64,000 nt of DNA from contig NW_027596135.1 in the NCBI RefSeq assembly GCF_964194155.1, forward strand, positions 124,001-188,000, read 5' to 3'. This DNA comes from Cetorhinus maximus (lineage: Eukaryota). Each line of letters opens with the position of its first letter. Positions within the stretch are counted from its first letter, which is position 1. This document shows positions 48,066-61,629 of this stretch, in pieces. Position numbers and translations under genes: made by a program. The notes beneath the pieces are model-generated. The model was not told where the DNA came from and did not search any database. It worked only from the letters and a program-made list of their open reading frames with translations.

Positions 48066-48934
48066 TTATTGAGGGGGGGGGAAAAAAGACTGTCCTTAAA
48101 GCCTACCTCGTTGACCAAGCCTTTAGTCATATGCCTTAATATCCCCTTAAATGGATGTCTAATGTTGTTTTATAACACTCCTGGGAAGCATCTTGGGATG
48201 TTTTGCAACATTAAAGGTGTTATATTAATACAAATTGTTTATATAGGGAATATGCAGCTCTTTGTTTCCATTCCTTTCGATATTAATAGCGTGGCAGCCC
48301 TCAATGTGACTCTTCTCGAAATGGGTTTGATTGCTTATTAAGCTAGATCTATTCTCTTGTGACGTAGGCGGCCGTACCTCTGATACATATTGGGTAAGAT
48401 GGAGCTCATTCCTGGCTTGTAGATGCTTTGGCCATCCGGCTGCAGACAGTACTTCGGCTGAGGGGAAAATGCTTGATAGGATTGGCGATGCCGCACCTTG
48501 TAGTGGGGTTGAAACGCTGCATTGAAGTGTCTGGGCACAAAGCGTCCGCTTGGTTTGTGTATGTGGGAGAGACAGCGACAGGAGGAACCATACCATGTCT
48601 TTCAATTCAAACGGAGGCCGAAGTGCTCTTAAGCTTCAGTCCACTCAAGTGCCAGGAACCTTCTCTTGTTAAGCACTGCATTTTAACAAGAAACTTGTCT
48701 CACTAGGACTTACAACGGTGGAACAGAAAAAACTCAGCAGCACTCTGCAGATCAGGCAGCCTCTGTTGAGAGAATCCTTCCAGGCCTGGCCCTGAGAGGT
48801 TTTTTTCAATCCAAAATGCCACTGGCGGCGGAAGGGTCTCTAACATTTTCTCTCTTTTTTTCCCCAAGCATCCCACAGTGGAAGAATTTTATTTTTATTT
48901 TTTTCTTCCCTCCTCCAAAGGTGGCAGCTTGTCT

Positions 48935-49298
48935 TTTTTTTTTACATATTCGTGGGATGTGGGTGTCATGTGAGCATTCATTGCCCATCCCTAACTGCCC
49001 TTGTTCAGAGGGCGGTTAAGAGTCAACCCCATTGCTGTGGGTCTAGAGTCACGTGTAGGCCAGACTGGGTAAGAACGGCAGATTTCCTTCCCTAAAGGAC
49101 GTTAGTGAGCCAGATGGGGTTTTTAACAACAGTTGGCAATGGTTTCATGGTCGTCATCAAACTTTTAATTCCAGATTTTAAAAAAATTCATATCCCACCA
49201 TCTACCATGGTGGGATTCAACTCTAGGACCCCAGAGCATTACCCTGGGTCTCTGAAATACTCGTCAGTCACAATACCACTATGCCACCGCTTCCCTCC
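48935..49298 (-). mobile_element. tRNA-SINE family A
   Basis: Full-length reverse-complement match to the other copies. Confidence 0.9.
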
Positions 49299-50224
49299 TC
49301 TACGAAGTACTTAAGCGTAACTTCCAAAAGCTGCAGGCTCATCACTCTGATTTTTGCGTTGCTTGTAAAATGTTTGCCAAAACTATGACTGCCTGCTTAA
49401 ACGTTTTCTGTACGCTTGTTAGCAGTTTGTCTTCCTTTGTTCTGAGTTCCAGATCACGGCTCAAGTGAACACACACTCACACCCGTCACCTACCAGTCTG
49501 ACGGTGAATTGATGAGCCGATGTACCATGTTAGGAAGCCAGCTAGTTAACCTGTTCCACTGTTTGATTCAGCTCAGCCCTCTGCCCCCTGAACCCGAACT
49601 TGGTTGTTGTTTTGAGCTGTGCTTTGCCATGTCGAGGTCAGAGGCACGTCTTGTTCCATGTACGGGTTTATGACCAGAAGCACCTCTACAATTGTAGATG
49701 GGTCAGAGGACCAAAAGGGTAGGGCAAGGAAGACCACCTGAAGCATTTTTGCCAAAAAAAAGCCCAAATTGTCTCTCCGTCGAGCAGCACCTCCCTCTGG
49801 TTGTGCTGAGGCGAGCTGCAACCTCGCTGACAGCGGCTAACTTGAGTTAGACTTGGGTTTGAAAGTTGGCTGTTTGGATCCGTACGATTAAGTGCCACCA
49901 AAACAGTGTGTTAACCCAGTTTTAGGAATTCTCTATTAAGCAGAGGCTATAAATCACAGTTGGATTGTTACTTTTGGCATATTGAATATTATTATTGTTG
50001 AACCTGTTGCTTTTTGATAGTCTCTTGGGCTTTTGAAGCCATGCCGTCACCTTTCCTTCATCTCCTTATGCTCCTCACACGGACCTGTCTTCTGGCTGAT
50101 TCAAAAGTAGGCTTGCTTCAAAATAAAAAAGGTGCCGTGCACTATCCTGGTTTAATTGATGGATGTACAGCCCCATAATTGACCTGCAGTATGACTGGAT
50201 GTCAGCGTCTGCCCTGACTCTGCG

Positions 50225-50622
50225 CAAACGCGCTCTCCTCTGAGCCATTAGGTTGTGGGTTCAAGCCCCACTTGGGGCTTGAGCACAAAAATGAAGCGCT
50301 TTTGCTTCAGCGCAGCACTGGGGGCGCGCTGCACTGTTGGAGGTGCCCCTTTTTGGATGGGGCGTTAAACCGAGGCATCATCGCTGCTGCTCAGGTGGAC
50401 TTTGAAGATTCCCAAGGCACTGTTTCAAAGCAGAGCAAGGGAGTTATCCTCTGTGTCCTGGCCAATACTTATACCTCATCGGATATCACAGAAGGCCATT
50501 ATCCCCTTGTTGTTTGTGGAAGTTTGCTATGCACAAATAGCCTGCCGCATTTCCTACATTACAACAGTGACTGCACTTTGAAAGCTTCATTGGCTGCCAA
50601 GTGCTTTGGGATGTCCTGTGAC
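50225..50622 (+). mobile_element. DeuSINE-like SINE
   Basis: Head ggttgtgggttcaagccccact and core gcgctgcactgttggaggtgccc...cgttaaaccgagg. Confidence 0.75.
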
Positions 50623-50933
50623 CTTGTTTTGACTTTGCCTTCTGAGGGGAAGGTTGGGGAATAGTGTACCTGGCCTTGATATGGCATTGCCACATGGGGA
50701 CCTGGAGATGAGAAGCTGTGCATGTCTTTTGTTTTGCATAGCTCTCAAAAAGTTAATCCAGTGTGTCAAAATTCCTAGTACAGCTTTTTTTAAAAGAAAC
50801 AGTAAAACTTCTGGCAAAGTCTGAGGATATGGGGACATGTAAGTTAATAATTGGTGAGAATTATCTCTTGCTTGACTCATGTGAAATGGAACCAGGGTCT
50901 TTTCAGGCAGCTTGACTGCATTGATGGTATAAT

Positions 50934-51784
50934 TGTTACAGCCTCAGCTGGTAATACTGGACAAGTCCGATGCCAGGGTGAAACCTGGCTTGGTAGATCC
51001 TAACTTTTTTTTTTGAAACTGTGAAGGTCAGTTACTGAACACATTCACAAGAGTCTGCAGTATACTTTTTACGCGCAAGAAAACATTTATTAAACAAGAA
51101 TAAGTGAACTATATTACACTAGGTAAAAAGATTGGAAAGATTTCAATACAGATACCAGAAAATGATTCAAGCTCTTATTACTCCTTTTATCCCAGCAACC
51201 CTTACAGTCACAAAACCCCAGTCAAGATTTACCACTGTCTGAACACCAAGGTTTCTTGCTTGGGTTAGCCCAGTTTCAAATAGTTTCCCTCTGGCGGACT
51301 TCTGAGCATTCACTAGATGCTTTCCTTCAGCAGGTACCTCTCCCTGAGACACCCAAAAGCCTGCAATCTAAACTCAGTGTTACTTCAACTTCAGAGTAAG
51401 CACACAACTCAGTTCCCCAGCAGGCTTGCGGGATTTCTTATTAGAGAGATTAGACCTTCTGCCTGCACTCTCTGGTATACACACACACACACACACTAAC
51501 TGCCCTTCTGTGTTTCCCTGTCTCTCCATGTGGCCCTGGACCCCTGTCGCAAGGTAACAGTGCTGTTTTTCTATGTTTTTTAAACACTAACCCCTTGGTA
51601 GCCCATCTCTTTAATTCAAGAGCTGTAAAACCTCATTAAAAATGAATATATACAAGCAGGGCCCCAGGCTTCCCAACACCCAGCCCACAAAACCCCTAAA
51701 TGAAACTAAAACCAGGTTTCACCTTTCTTAACACCCAAATACGCAGATATAAGTTAAACTTGAAGTTATACATTGTTCCTAACA
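50934..51784 (-). mobile_element. Solo LTR (851 bp)
   Basis: taat|TGTTA...TAACA|taat: TG..CA ends, a 5-bp terminal inverted repeat and a 4-bp TSD. AATAAA on the minus strand at 51086-51091. Confidence 0.75.
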
Positions 51785-52317
51785 TAATTAGCCAGCATCA
51801 TTTTGGGAAGCTGGGTGGGACATACTCAGGAGCTTTCCACCAGAATTAAATAAAAAAGGAAAGTGCTGGAAAAACGCAGCAGGCCTGACAGCATCTGTGG
51901 AGAGAGAAGCAGAGTTCTGAGTCGCCCTCCTCTTGAGGACTCACATTGGACTCGAAACAGTAACTCTGTTTTTCTCCCTCCACAGATGCTGCTGAGTGAC
52001 CTCCTGAGTTTTTCCGGCACTTTGATTTCACTTCAGATCTCCAGCGCTGGCAGTATATGGCTTTTATTTTAGCTTTCCACTGGAATTGGTTAGGAGATGT
52101 TCTTTTGTTCTGTGGAATCAGTGTGCTGCCAAGCAAATTCTCCCGGCTAGAGTCTCCTTCCTTTCTCTCTCGCCATGTTGGCCTGTATAATTCTGCACCC
52201 ACTAGCCCCCCATATGCACGCGCACACACTCCTCCACCCCTCGAGAGAGAGGGATTAAACCTGGCCCAGTGCCCCCTCTGCTAAATGAATGCTCAGTAGG
52301 CCATATTTGTGAGTAGA

Positions 52318-52670
52318 TAGCGCAGTGGTATTGTCGTTGGGCTAGTAATCCAGAGACCCAGAATAATGGTCTGGGGACCCGTGTTCGAATCCAGCCACAG
52401 CAGATGGTGGAATTTGAATTCAATAAAAATCTGGAATTAAAAGTCTAATGATGACCATGAAACCATTGTTTTTTGTTGTAAAAACCCATCTGGTTCACCA
52501 ATGCCCTTTAGGGAAGGAAATCTGCTGCCCTTACCTGGTCTGGCCTACATGGGACTGCAGACCCACAGCAATGTGATTGGCGCTTAAAAATGCCCTCTGA
52601 ACAGGGATGGGCAATAAATGCTGGCCCAGCCAGTGACGCCCACATCCCATGCATGAATTTAAAAAAAAAA
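52318..52670 (+). mobile_element. tRNA-SINE family A
   Basis: B box gttcgaatcc, core, tail and A-run; nearly identical to 32691-33020. Confidence 0.9.
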
Positions 52671-53748
52671 CCTGTTTGCATCAATACAGATGGAGTTGTG
52701 GAGTTGTTCGTGTCAGTTCTTCCAGCTATGTGTTGAGACAGATTAAATTAGGAGGTCCTCCACGATGTTGTCAAGGGTATTTTTAAGTTGGTGGCAGGCT
52801 GGAATGCTTACTAATGGCATTTTCTATTTTGATCTTTATAAACAATTATCTGAGTGTTTTGCTGTTTATAGTCATGATCCCAAGATTGTAGAGATTTGGT
52901 GAATAGATATAATGTTTGAAAACCTGCTTTGTGTGTGCCGGCAGGTCTGGATATGAACAGCTGCATTTTCTTTTAAGATGTAAGGGAGCAAATAACTTCC
53001 AGTAGAGCACACTTGTGTGTCCCATGCATTTTTCCCCATCTTGTGTGACCAGGAATACTTTTGAGGTCACTTCCAGAGCACAGAAGGCAACTTCTAATGC
53101 GTCCATAAAGTGGACATGAAGCAGGTGTGTCATGTTGCTGTGCTGTGAAGGGAGGGGGGAGTGTGGAATTGTGCCCAGATGCCAGTGTTTGCTCCTCCCC
53201 TCCCTGTGCCATTCACAACCCTAAAACTCCCAACAAAAGTGTTAGTGTTGTACCGAGTCTCCTGATGAGGCTCGTGTGGCATGAAGCATCAGTTTTGCCT
53301 GACCGGATGCTGTCACACTGCTACGTCTCTCTACCTTGTTTCCCCGCAGCTGTGCGGCACTGCTGCTGAATCTGTCGTTTGGCCTTTTTGTTCTGCCGGT
53401 ACAGATTCCCCCTCGTGGTTTGGGCTTAATATGGTTGCGCTGACCTCTCGTCAGTGCGTGTGTTTATTTTTAAAATAATGAAACGCTATTGATTTCCTTG
53501 ATGCAGTGGGTGATGTGTAGTCGTGTTGGTTGCATCAGCAGTTATTATTCAAAACAAATAAAGTGGGCACTTAGTTAGATTTATTGTCTCTGCTGATGGT
53601 GCTTTCCAGCAGAAACTGGGCTCGTGTTCTCATTCCGGCAGATGTACAACTGTCTCTAAGCAAGTATTTAATGCATGTGGTGTCTAGCTCAGTGCGAGTT
53701 AACTTCAATCTATTTCCTTACCCAAAAAAAAAGCTTTAAAGTGGATTT

Positions 53749-54145
53749 AAAAAAAAAAAATCATTTCATGGGATGTGGGTGTCACTGGCAAGGCCAGCGT
53801 TTGTTGCCTATCCCTAATTTCCCCTTGAACTGAGTGGCTCGCTGGGGCCGTTTTGGAGGGCGGTTCAGAGTCAACCACATTGATGTGGGTCTGGAGTCGC
53901 ATGTAGGCCAGACTGGGTAAGGACAGCAGATTTCCTTCCCTAAAGGGGCATTAGTGAACCAGATGGGGTTTTACGACAATCGATAGTTTCATGGTCACCA
54001 TCACTGAGACTGGCTTTTAATTCCAGGTATATTAATTGAATGTAAATTCTACCAGCGGCCGCAGTGACATTTGAACCCATGTCCCCAGAGGATTAGGCTG
54101 GGCCACTGGATTACTAGCCCAGTGACATTTACCACTATGCCACCA
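53749..54145 (-). mobile_element. tRNA-SINE family A
   Basis: Full-length reverse-complement match to the other copies. Confidence 0.9.
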
Positions 54146-55009
54146 GATGATTAAAAAGTCACTGCGCTTAGTTAGCGAAGTTTGATTTGTACTTGGGCGG
54201 CTGTGTTGCTTGAAACATGCTTGTTTCATCACCCAAACCTGCTTCCTCTACTGTCTCGCTCTTTTACACAACTCAAAACGTTGTCGCCAATTTTGTAAGT
54301 ACTAAAATCTATATTTTTCATGGATTCAAGTGAATGTTCTAGCGATTAAAAATGTCACCCACCCACCGCTGTGCTATTAATGGACTCCGAGAAGCAAAAG
54401 TTTGTTTTTAATTCTATTTACCGAAGGCATCTTAGAATTGCAGCCAAGAAGCAGTCTGTTTGGCCCACCTGGTCTGTGTTGTTTTTTTAAAAAATTCTCC
54501 ATGCAAACATTTCTACCTCTCCACTCTCACTGTGCTGGCTGTGTTTCCATCTCTCTCGATTCCTGACACCCACGTCCTTCCACTGTCCATCTTACCTGAT
54601 CTTAAATGTTGACTTGACCTCCTGCTTGATTCACACACTCGAGTGGTGCATTCCACTGTTTTGCAAATCCGGTGCACATTTTTATATATTAAAAAAAAGT
54701 GTTTCCTGCCCTTTGCCCTCAATTTCTTGCATTTAATCTTCTATCTGCCTCTTCATTCCCTGGAACCAATCTGTCTCCACCGTGTCACAACCTTACCCAC
54801 CCTTTTTCAAATCACCCCTTAATTTCTCCTTTGAATGAAAACAGACGGTCACGAGTTGTTAGTTCTGAATTACATTAACTGTTTGGTGTGTCCCCACGAT
54901 CCTTCACGTATAATTGCTTAACATTTGATCGCTGGCATTTCTGAAGTTTGATGAGCAGTGTAATAAGTGTTTTTCTGAAGCAGTAAAGTCAGCATTTAAC
55001 TTGTGAAAC

Positions 55010-55405
55010 TTATCTTACTGAAACATTTAAAATTCTGAGGGGGGGCGCTTGACAGGGTGGATGTTGAGAGGATGCTTCCCCCTCGTGGGGGGAATCTAGA
55101 ACGAGGTGGGGCAGTTTCAGAATTAGGGGGTCTCCCATTGAAGATGGAGATGAGGAGGAATTTCTTCTCTCAGGAGTTGTTAGTCTGGAATTCTCTCCCT
55201 CCGAGAGTAGTGGAGGCTGGCTCATTGAATATATTCAAGGCCGAGTGTGAGAGAATTTTGATTGACAAGGGAGTTGAGGGTTGTTGGGGGGGTGGGGTGA
55301 GGGGGGACAGACAGGAAAGTGGAGTTGAGGCCACAATCAGATCAGCCATGATCTTATTGAATGGCAGAGCAGGCTCGAGGGGCCGAATGGCCTATCCCCT
55401 CTTTT
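55010..55405 (+). mobile_element. CR1 3' fragment
   Basis: Encodes DVERMLP...MRRNFFSQ..VWNSLP. Confidence 0.9.
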
Positions 55406-58400
55406 GATCTTGTGAAAGTTGATAATCTGACCAGACAAAAGCAATTCATGTTTTGCAGGTGGGGAGGGGGGGGGAATAGAAATTGTGTTTTACACCTCGT
55501 TGTATTCAGTTGGCTTTTGGTACAGCCAAAGATCACGGGTCAGTGATCCTGTTTGCCTTCTGCACAGCCCCCAGCATTTTCCTGCACTCAATGGTAGATT
55601 GTTGCTAGTTTGAAGCAGCGCTGATGGTTTAAAGCCAGGTGAGAGCATAGTCTTACAGCGCTGCCTTTAGAAGAGTAGGGTGGCTGTGTGCGTAAAGATA
55701 TGGAAACAGGATATCGACATTCTTATAAAATCCTGTTCGACTTTGCTGATGCCTGTGTGGCCAATCTAAGTGGCTCTAATTGCACCCGGAGTGCCGTATA
55801 TTTATGCTGAGTCTGAGAGCCTGCCCTTGTGTGCTTGACTTCCATCGGTGATGGATATATGGCATTCTCTGCATTGGCTGTGATTTATGATCTCCATTGG
55901 TTTGATGTTGACATGTCGCTGTGTCATGAAGTCCTTGGTGGTGCATCTATATAAGTACTTAAACAGGGCTTGCGTTATAAAGAGAGCTTTTAATGAGCAA
56001 AAATGACTATTGATTTATTACTGCCTGGTCTCCCTGTGGATGCAGTCTGGTAGTAGGGAGTAAGATTTTTTCTCAATACTGTACGCACTAACCGAGGGCG
56101 GTTTTGGCCTTTTTTTGGGTCAGCTGGAGTAGCTATCCTGTCCCTCGTTCAGCTTGGTGAGCTGTTTTTCCATGCCTGCGCTATAGGTTTCGGGGCTCTC
56201 ATTCAACATTGAAACTAGCAGCGTAAATCAAGCAAGAACAAGATTTTCTATTCCCCTGACGCCTCCACACTGCAAGTTCCCCAACAACGGAATCATCTTG
56301 TGTTTTACCTTCGGGCGATGGAGGTCAGTATAGCAGGAGGGCTCCCTGTTCCTCCTCCCGCCGTGCCACGCGTCCCGTCACGGGCGGGTGGACCCCTCCG
56401 TTTAACACTTGGCCCAAAGGCTGGCTCCTCTGCCAGTACGCATTCGAGTATTGCTGAGTCAGCCTTAACCCGAGCTCGCCACATTCTCTTCCTGTTATAA
56501 TGCCTCAGAATTCGTGTCTCCTTTAGTGGGAGGGTCAGCTTCCGCCCCTGAGCCGGGGGGTGCTTAGCTGTAGCTGCTGAGTTGGGGTGAGGGGAGACGT
56601 GGTTGGGGGGAGGTTTGCAGGTTTCTTTTCCCTCCAAAAAAAAACCCCAACCTTTTCGAAGCATTTTTTGGCAGCAGCAGCAATCGGGCCTCAAAAGATC
56701 TGTCCGTTAGGTCGTACCCACCAATGGAGAAAAAAAAACCCCAAGGATTTAAAGGGACCTTGTTAGTGCTCGGACCGAGCTCCACGGCATTGCTGCCTCG
56801 GAGCTCGCGACCCCAAAATCTCCTGTGGCTGGGTAAGCCTTGGCCTAGATTATTGTGAGGATTGAACCCGTCGTCTTCTGATGAACCGAGTGCCACTCGA
56901 CCTGAATCAAAGTGCCACCTTCCGCTTACTCGGGGACTGGTAAACTGTTATGTCTGCAGTTAGTGCTAGCCACATTGGAAATGGATATCTTCAGCTGTGA
57001 ATATATTCGTCTATGAGCCATCTCCAGGCTATTGTACGTCATGTTTATAATTAAAAAAAAATCCATTGTAGCAGCTCGGGGATGTTCATTCGTGCCGGGA
57101 CGACCAGTGCCTCGTGGTGCCGGCTGGAATTCTGCAGCGCCACCTTTTAACTTTCTGCCCTCGCTGCTCCTGGTTCAGCTCACTGTTTCCTCGGAGGTGC
57201 CAGCAGCCGATCTGGCAGCCTTGTCAACTGAGACGCGATTTGCGCTCGGCAGTGGGGATCGTAGCTCAGCCTAATCTGTGCCCAACACGTGGACAGGTGT
57301 GCTTTCACGCTGGCCAACGACCTGGCTTCTCCCTCTATCGCGCTCCTGTTGTTTGGGGGTGGGGGAGGTTTGCTGCAATTCGTTTTAGCAACGTCGCCAC
57401 CAGGAATGATTCCAGCGCATTTGTGCGGAGACTCGCAGGTTTCACCTGTGGGCAGACTCCGGGGTACGTTGATGTGGCCTGACGCTAACGGGATGCCCCA
57501 CTCACTTCAGCACCAGTGGCATTAAGCATGTAACTCTTTTTAATGCTAAATTCACTCGGGTTGTGCTCTGAGTCTGCATGTGGGAAGCTGCCTGTGCTGC
57601 ACGCTTGTGCAAATCGCTTCTGGTTAGCTTGCACATTGCATGGAAGGTGATAATTTTTGCATTTGTTTGACAATATGTAGCCCGCTACCAAATTGGCTTT
57701 GAGGTGTCACTTTGTGTTTTTCCCACCTCTATGCGTTGATCTTGGCTGTCACGCTGTCATTGCTGCAGTTGACAGAGAAACTTTTTTTTAAAAAAAATTA
57801 ATTGCAGATTGCCCTAAGCACTTGGTTTTACTGTAAATAATCTTTCCAGACCCTTGTGCGCACCGGCTTAACAAGTGGGGAGTGTTTTTGTTCTCGGGCT
57901 GGGGGCACCTCTGCCCCCATCAAGCACACCGTAACGTAAGAGCTGCTCTCCACCACGTCCGGGTACTGTGGCCTTGCTGCGATCTGAAGAGGATTTATTG
58001 GTAGTGAAAATAGATGAATAATAGATGACACTGCTCTATGTCAGAGCCATGAAAAGACCCCCCCCACCCCGGACAGTCCGTTGTAGATGTTTCCAGTTCC
58101 AGGATTTTGAGAGTCGTAGCCCAGTTGCTGCTTGTTTAAATGTCCGCCACTACCGATTGCTGTGGGACCCCTGCACGCTGAGGGTTGAATGCTGTGGCTC
58201 CTGCAGCTGCCGAGAACAATGATCGAAGTTGGGGGACAGTCTTAAAAACCCAAGATCCATCCTGTTTGCCATCTACCGACCTGGGAGTCGCATGATACAA
58301 AGATGTTAAGGTCGCGTCGCACGTCGAACAAGCGAACGCGTGAACGAAATGGGCCGGTTGCCGTCCGGTCGGGAGACCCAAGTTGCTGAAGGGATTGTAC

Positions 58401-59046
58401 CCGTGGAGGGGAAAGAGCCCTGCCTCCCGGATTGCCTTGCCTATTTGTTTATCGTCACGGACGGAGCTTCCTGGAAATTTGTGGATTCGGTCCGCGACTT
58501 TGCCTCGATCGAGTTTTCAGGCGGCAAGCGGGCGGCCAGCCTAGCATTCAGGCTGTTGATGATCACCCCAGAGACACACCAGGACTGAGCAAAGGACCCG
58601 CTAGTGTGAAGCTGCGCTGCGACGACATAACGGAGAACTTCACTGCCAATGCTATCATTGGCATTTCTTTGAGTTTGCAGTAGGGAAGAAAAACATATTG
58701 TTGGTGGTTTACTAGCCTATACAGAAGTAACGGGAGATGGACAGAGGAGTGTACTTTTCTGTGTAGGCGCTATTGCTGTGGCAACAGAGTTCAGCTGGAC
58801 ATAGGAAATAGGAGCCGGAGTAGGCCATTCGGCCCCCTCTCGCCTGCTCTGCCATTCGATAAGATCATGGCTTGAACTGGGGTTTGTTGGGGTACACTGG
58901 CTTTTTTTAAAATAAAAAAGAGATTTTTCAGCTGATTCTAAGCTGTGTTTTTTTTTGTGCAGTACTTAAATGGAGAGTGATGGGGCATAGTGTTTAACGT
59001 TCAGCACGAGATGCAGGAGCAGTGAGACATTCAGTTGCCACAGAAG

Positions 59047-59435
59047 AACTGGGAGCAGGAGTAGGCCATTCGGGGCCCTTGAGCCTACTCGCTCCATTCA
59101 GCAAGATCATGGCTGATGTTTTACCTCAGCCTTATATCCCTTGATTCATACAGTGTCCAGAAATAATCCCGATCTCTTGAGCATCCACTACCCCCTGGGA
59201 GAGAGGACTCCAAAGATTCACAACCCTCAGTGTGAAGAGATTTCTCCTCATCTCAGTCCAAAATGGCCGACCTTTTAGCCTGAGACTGTGACCAACCCCC
59301 TCCTCCCCCCCAAACCTGTGTTCTAGACTCTTCAGCCAGCGGGGAATCAACCCTGTGAAACCTCTTAAGAATTTTAAACGTTTCAGTGAGATCACCTCTC
59401 ACTCTTCTAAACTCCAGGGAGTAGGCCTGTTCGCT
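59047..59435 (-). mobile_element. CR1 3' fragment
   Basis: Encodes YSLEFRRVRGDLTETFKIL and MRRNLFTLRVVNLWS on the minus strand. Confidence 0.9.
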
Positions 59436-59899
59436 CAATACCAAGTACACTAACATCTGTGGTGCTACTGCAGGCTCATCTAGATTTGAAGCATTGAATT
59501 TCTGTGCACATCCCTCTGTCTTGCTGAGCTATTTTGTGACCGTTTTGTCCGGTGGACCGGGGTCAGCCCTGTGGTTCTTGTCTCAGCAACGGATTGTTGT
59601 GGGGTTGGACCTCTTGGTGGCTTGTTTCTGGTACAGTGCGGCCTGTGCAGCCAGCATCTGACGCGCTGTATCAGAATTCGCCCAGTCACAACTGAAGTTG
59701 CGTGAATTCAATTGATGCAGCGGGGTGGGGAGCCTGCTTTGTTTTCTGCACAATGAACAGAATTAAGTTGTACTCTGTGAATTGTGTTGGCTTGTCCTGT
59801 GCATGCTGTGTTGCAGACTTTGTTCTGTTACTCGTGGCCAAATACTTGCTGAAATGATTTGTTATTGAGGCTGTTATTTGTTTTCAACTCTGGAACACT

Positions 59900-60177
59900 A
59901 GGGGGAGGCGGTGGCATAGTGGTATTGTCACTGGACTAGTATTCCAGAGACCCAGGGTGCCGGGTGAAATTTGAATTTGATAAAAAACCTGGCATTAAAA
60001 GTCTGATATCGACCCATCTGGTTCACTAACGTCCTTTAGGGAAGGAAGTCTGCCGTCCCTGCCTGCAATGTGGTTGACTCTTTTTTTAAAAAAAAATGCC
60101 GTCTGAACAAGGGCAATTAGGGATGGGCAATAAATGCTGGCCTAGCCAGCGACACCCACAACGTATAAAAAAAAAAA
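59900..60177 (+). mobile_element. tRNA-SINE family A (internally deleted)
   Basis: Head ggcggtggcatagtggtattgtcactggactagt and the shared tail. Confidence 0.85.
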
Positions 60178-61629
60178 CATAGGTTCAGAGTGCACGACGT
60201 AACTTCATCTAGTCTGTTCTGCCTTCGCTTACGCTGAAATTTGGTTTGTCTCGATGCCTTCCCTCTTCTTTGCTCCCGACAGCATGTAAGATTTCCTTGG
60301 GCGTTCTCCTGGCGGTGGCATGGTTGGTGAAAACGCGTCCAACCCTGGACCAGCTTTGTGCTTTGTTTGTTGGGTGCTGTTCTGATTCGGCCCAATTCGG
60401 TTCGGTTTGGGACCGCCCCCCGTGTGTTGACAGTCCGTCCACTCCACACTCCGCTCGGTCACCCTTGACTTACTGAAAATATCTTTGCTTTATACCCTTG
60501 TTTCTACCCACATATGTGAAAGCTGATTTGAGGGCTCAAAAACACTGTTGTAAGACTTCTGCGCGTCGTTTGGTGAATGGTGTTACTATTGTAGCACTCC
60601 GTCTAATTCAGCTTTGCCCTTGGGAAATTTGTGCGATGAGCCCCTCCAGCCTCAAGATTAATAATGCTACTAGTTTGGACCTAGGTGGTTTTGGTTTTGA
60701 GTGGGCCAGGATTAGGTAGTTTGGTCTTTGGACTCCACAGAGAACCATGGTGTGCAAATGTAAGCTGCAACAGCAGGGCTCTGGTTTCCCTTGTGGGTAG
60801 GCTAACTTGCCTGTTCAGTACAGTTTCACAATTCAGTTTAAAAAAAAATAGAAAGTCAACTTGATTAATTTTTTTTTTACCCTTTTCACCCCTGCGCCTT
60901 CCTCTCCTGCTGAGCCCGCGAAAATAAGATGGCCCAGCCTGATCCAAGGCTTTCTCCCCGCGTTCCTCCGGGCGCCTTTTTTTGGTGGCGTTCCTGACGT
61001 CACCCCGCTGTTTGCAAATTACAATCTAATCTGTGTTGCAGCCGTACAAAACCAGACAGGAAAAGTCTAGGTTTGAGGCCAGTCAAGCCTGCCCCACGCT
61101 CGCAATAGCCCGGTGACTAAGCACCTCGAAGTTAACAGATTGAGGCCCTTCAGCCTGCTGGCAATAGCTGAGGTGCTTTCAGCTAGCAATCATCCTTGTG
61201 GCTCTTCCCTGAACCTTTTCCAAGGCTGCTACACCACCCACTGTGTGCCGCGACCAAAACTGGGCATAGTACGGAGGCAGATCCAAAGGGTAGCCGGCTG
61301 TATTTCGGCAAGTGCTGCTCAGGTACGCTGCACACGTACCCGTGCGAGGCAGGCTCACAGAGTTAGCACACTGGCAAATTTTAGCGACCTGTAGTCACCT
61401 CTCCCGTTGTCAACCTTCTTGGGGTGTGGTAGTCTAGCTTTGTTTGCGCTGGCCGAGCAATCCAGAAGGCAAATCTTCAAACCCCAACCATACCAACTTC
61501 TGTAACTGAATATATTAGTAAAAGCCAATTGTGAAAGTAGCCAGATTGTTAATTTTAAGCAAGTAACTGGTTCACGACTGTGGGAAGATTTCAGTAAAGA
61601 TAATTTGTCAGCCGTACCCAATTTTAAAA

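Noticed and set aside
58935-58965. Strong acceptor-like site tttttttttgtgcag
   Set aside because: No convincing downstream donor was found before a CR1 tail, so there is not enough support for an exon.
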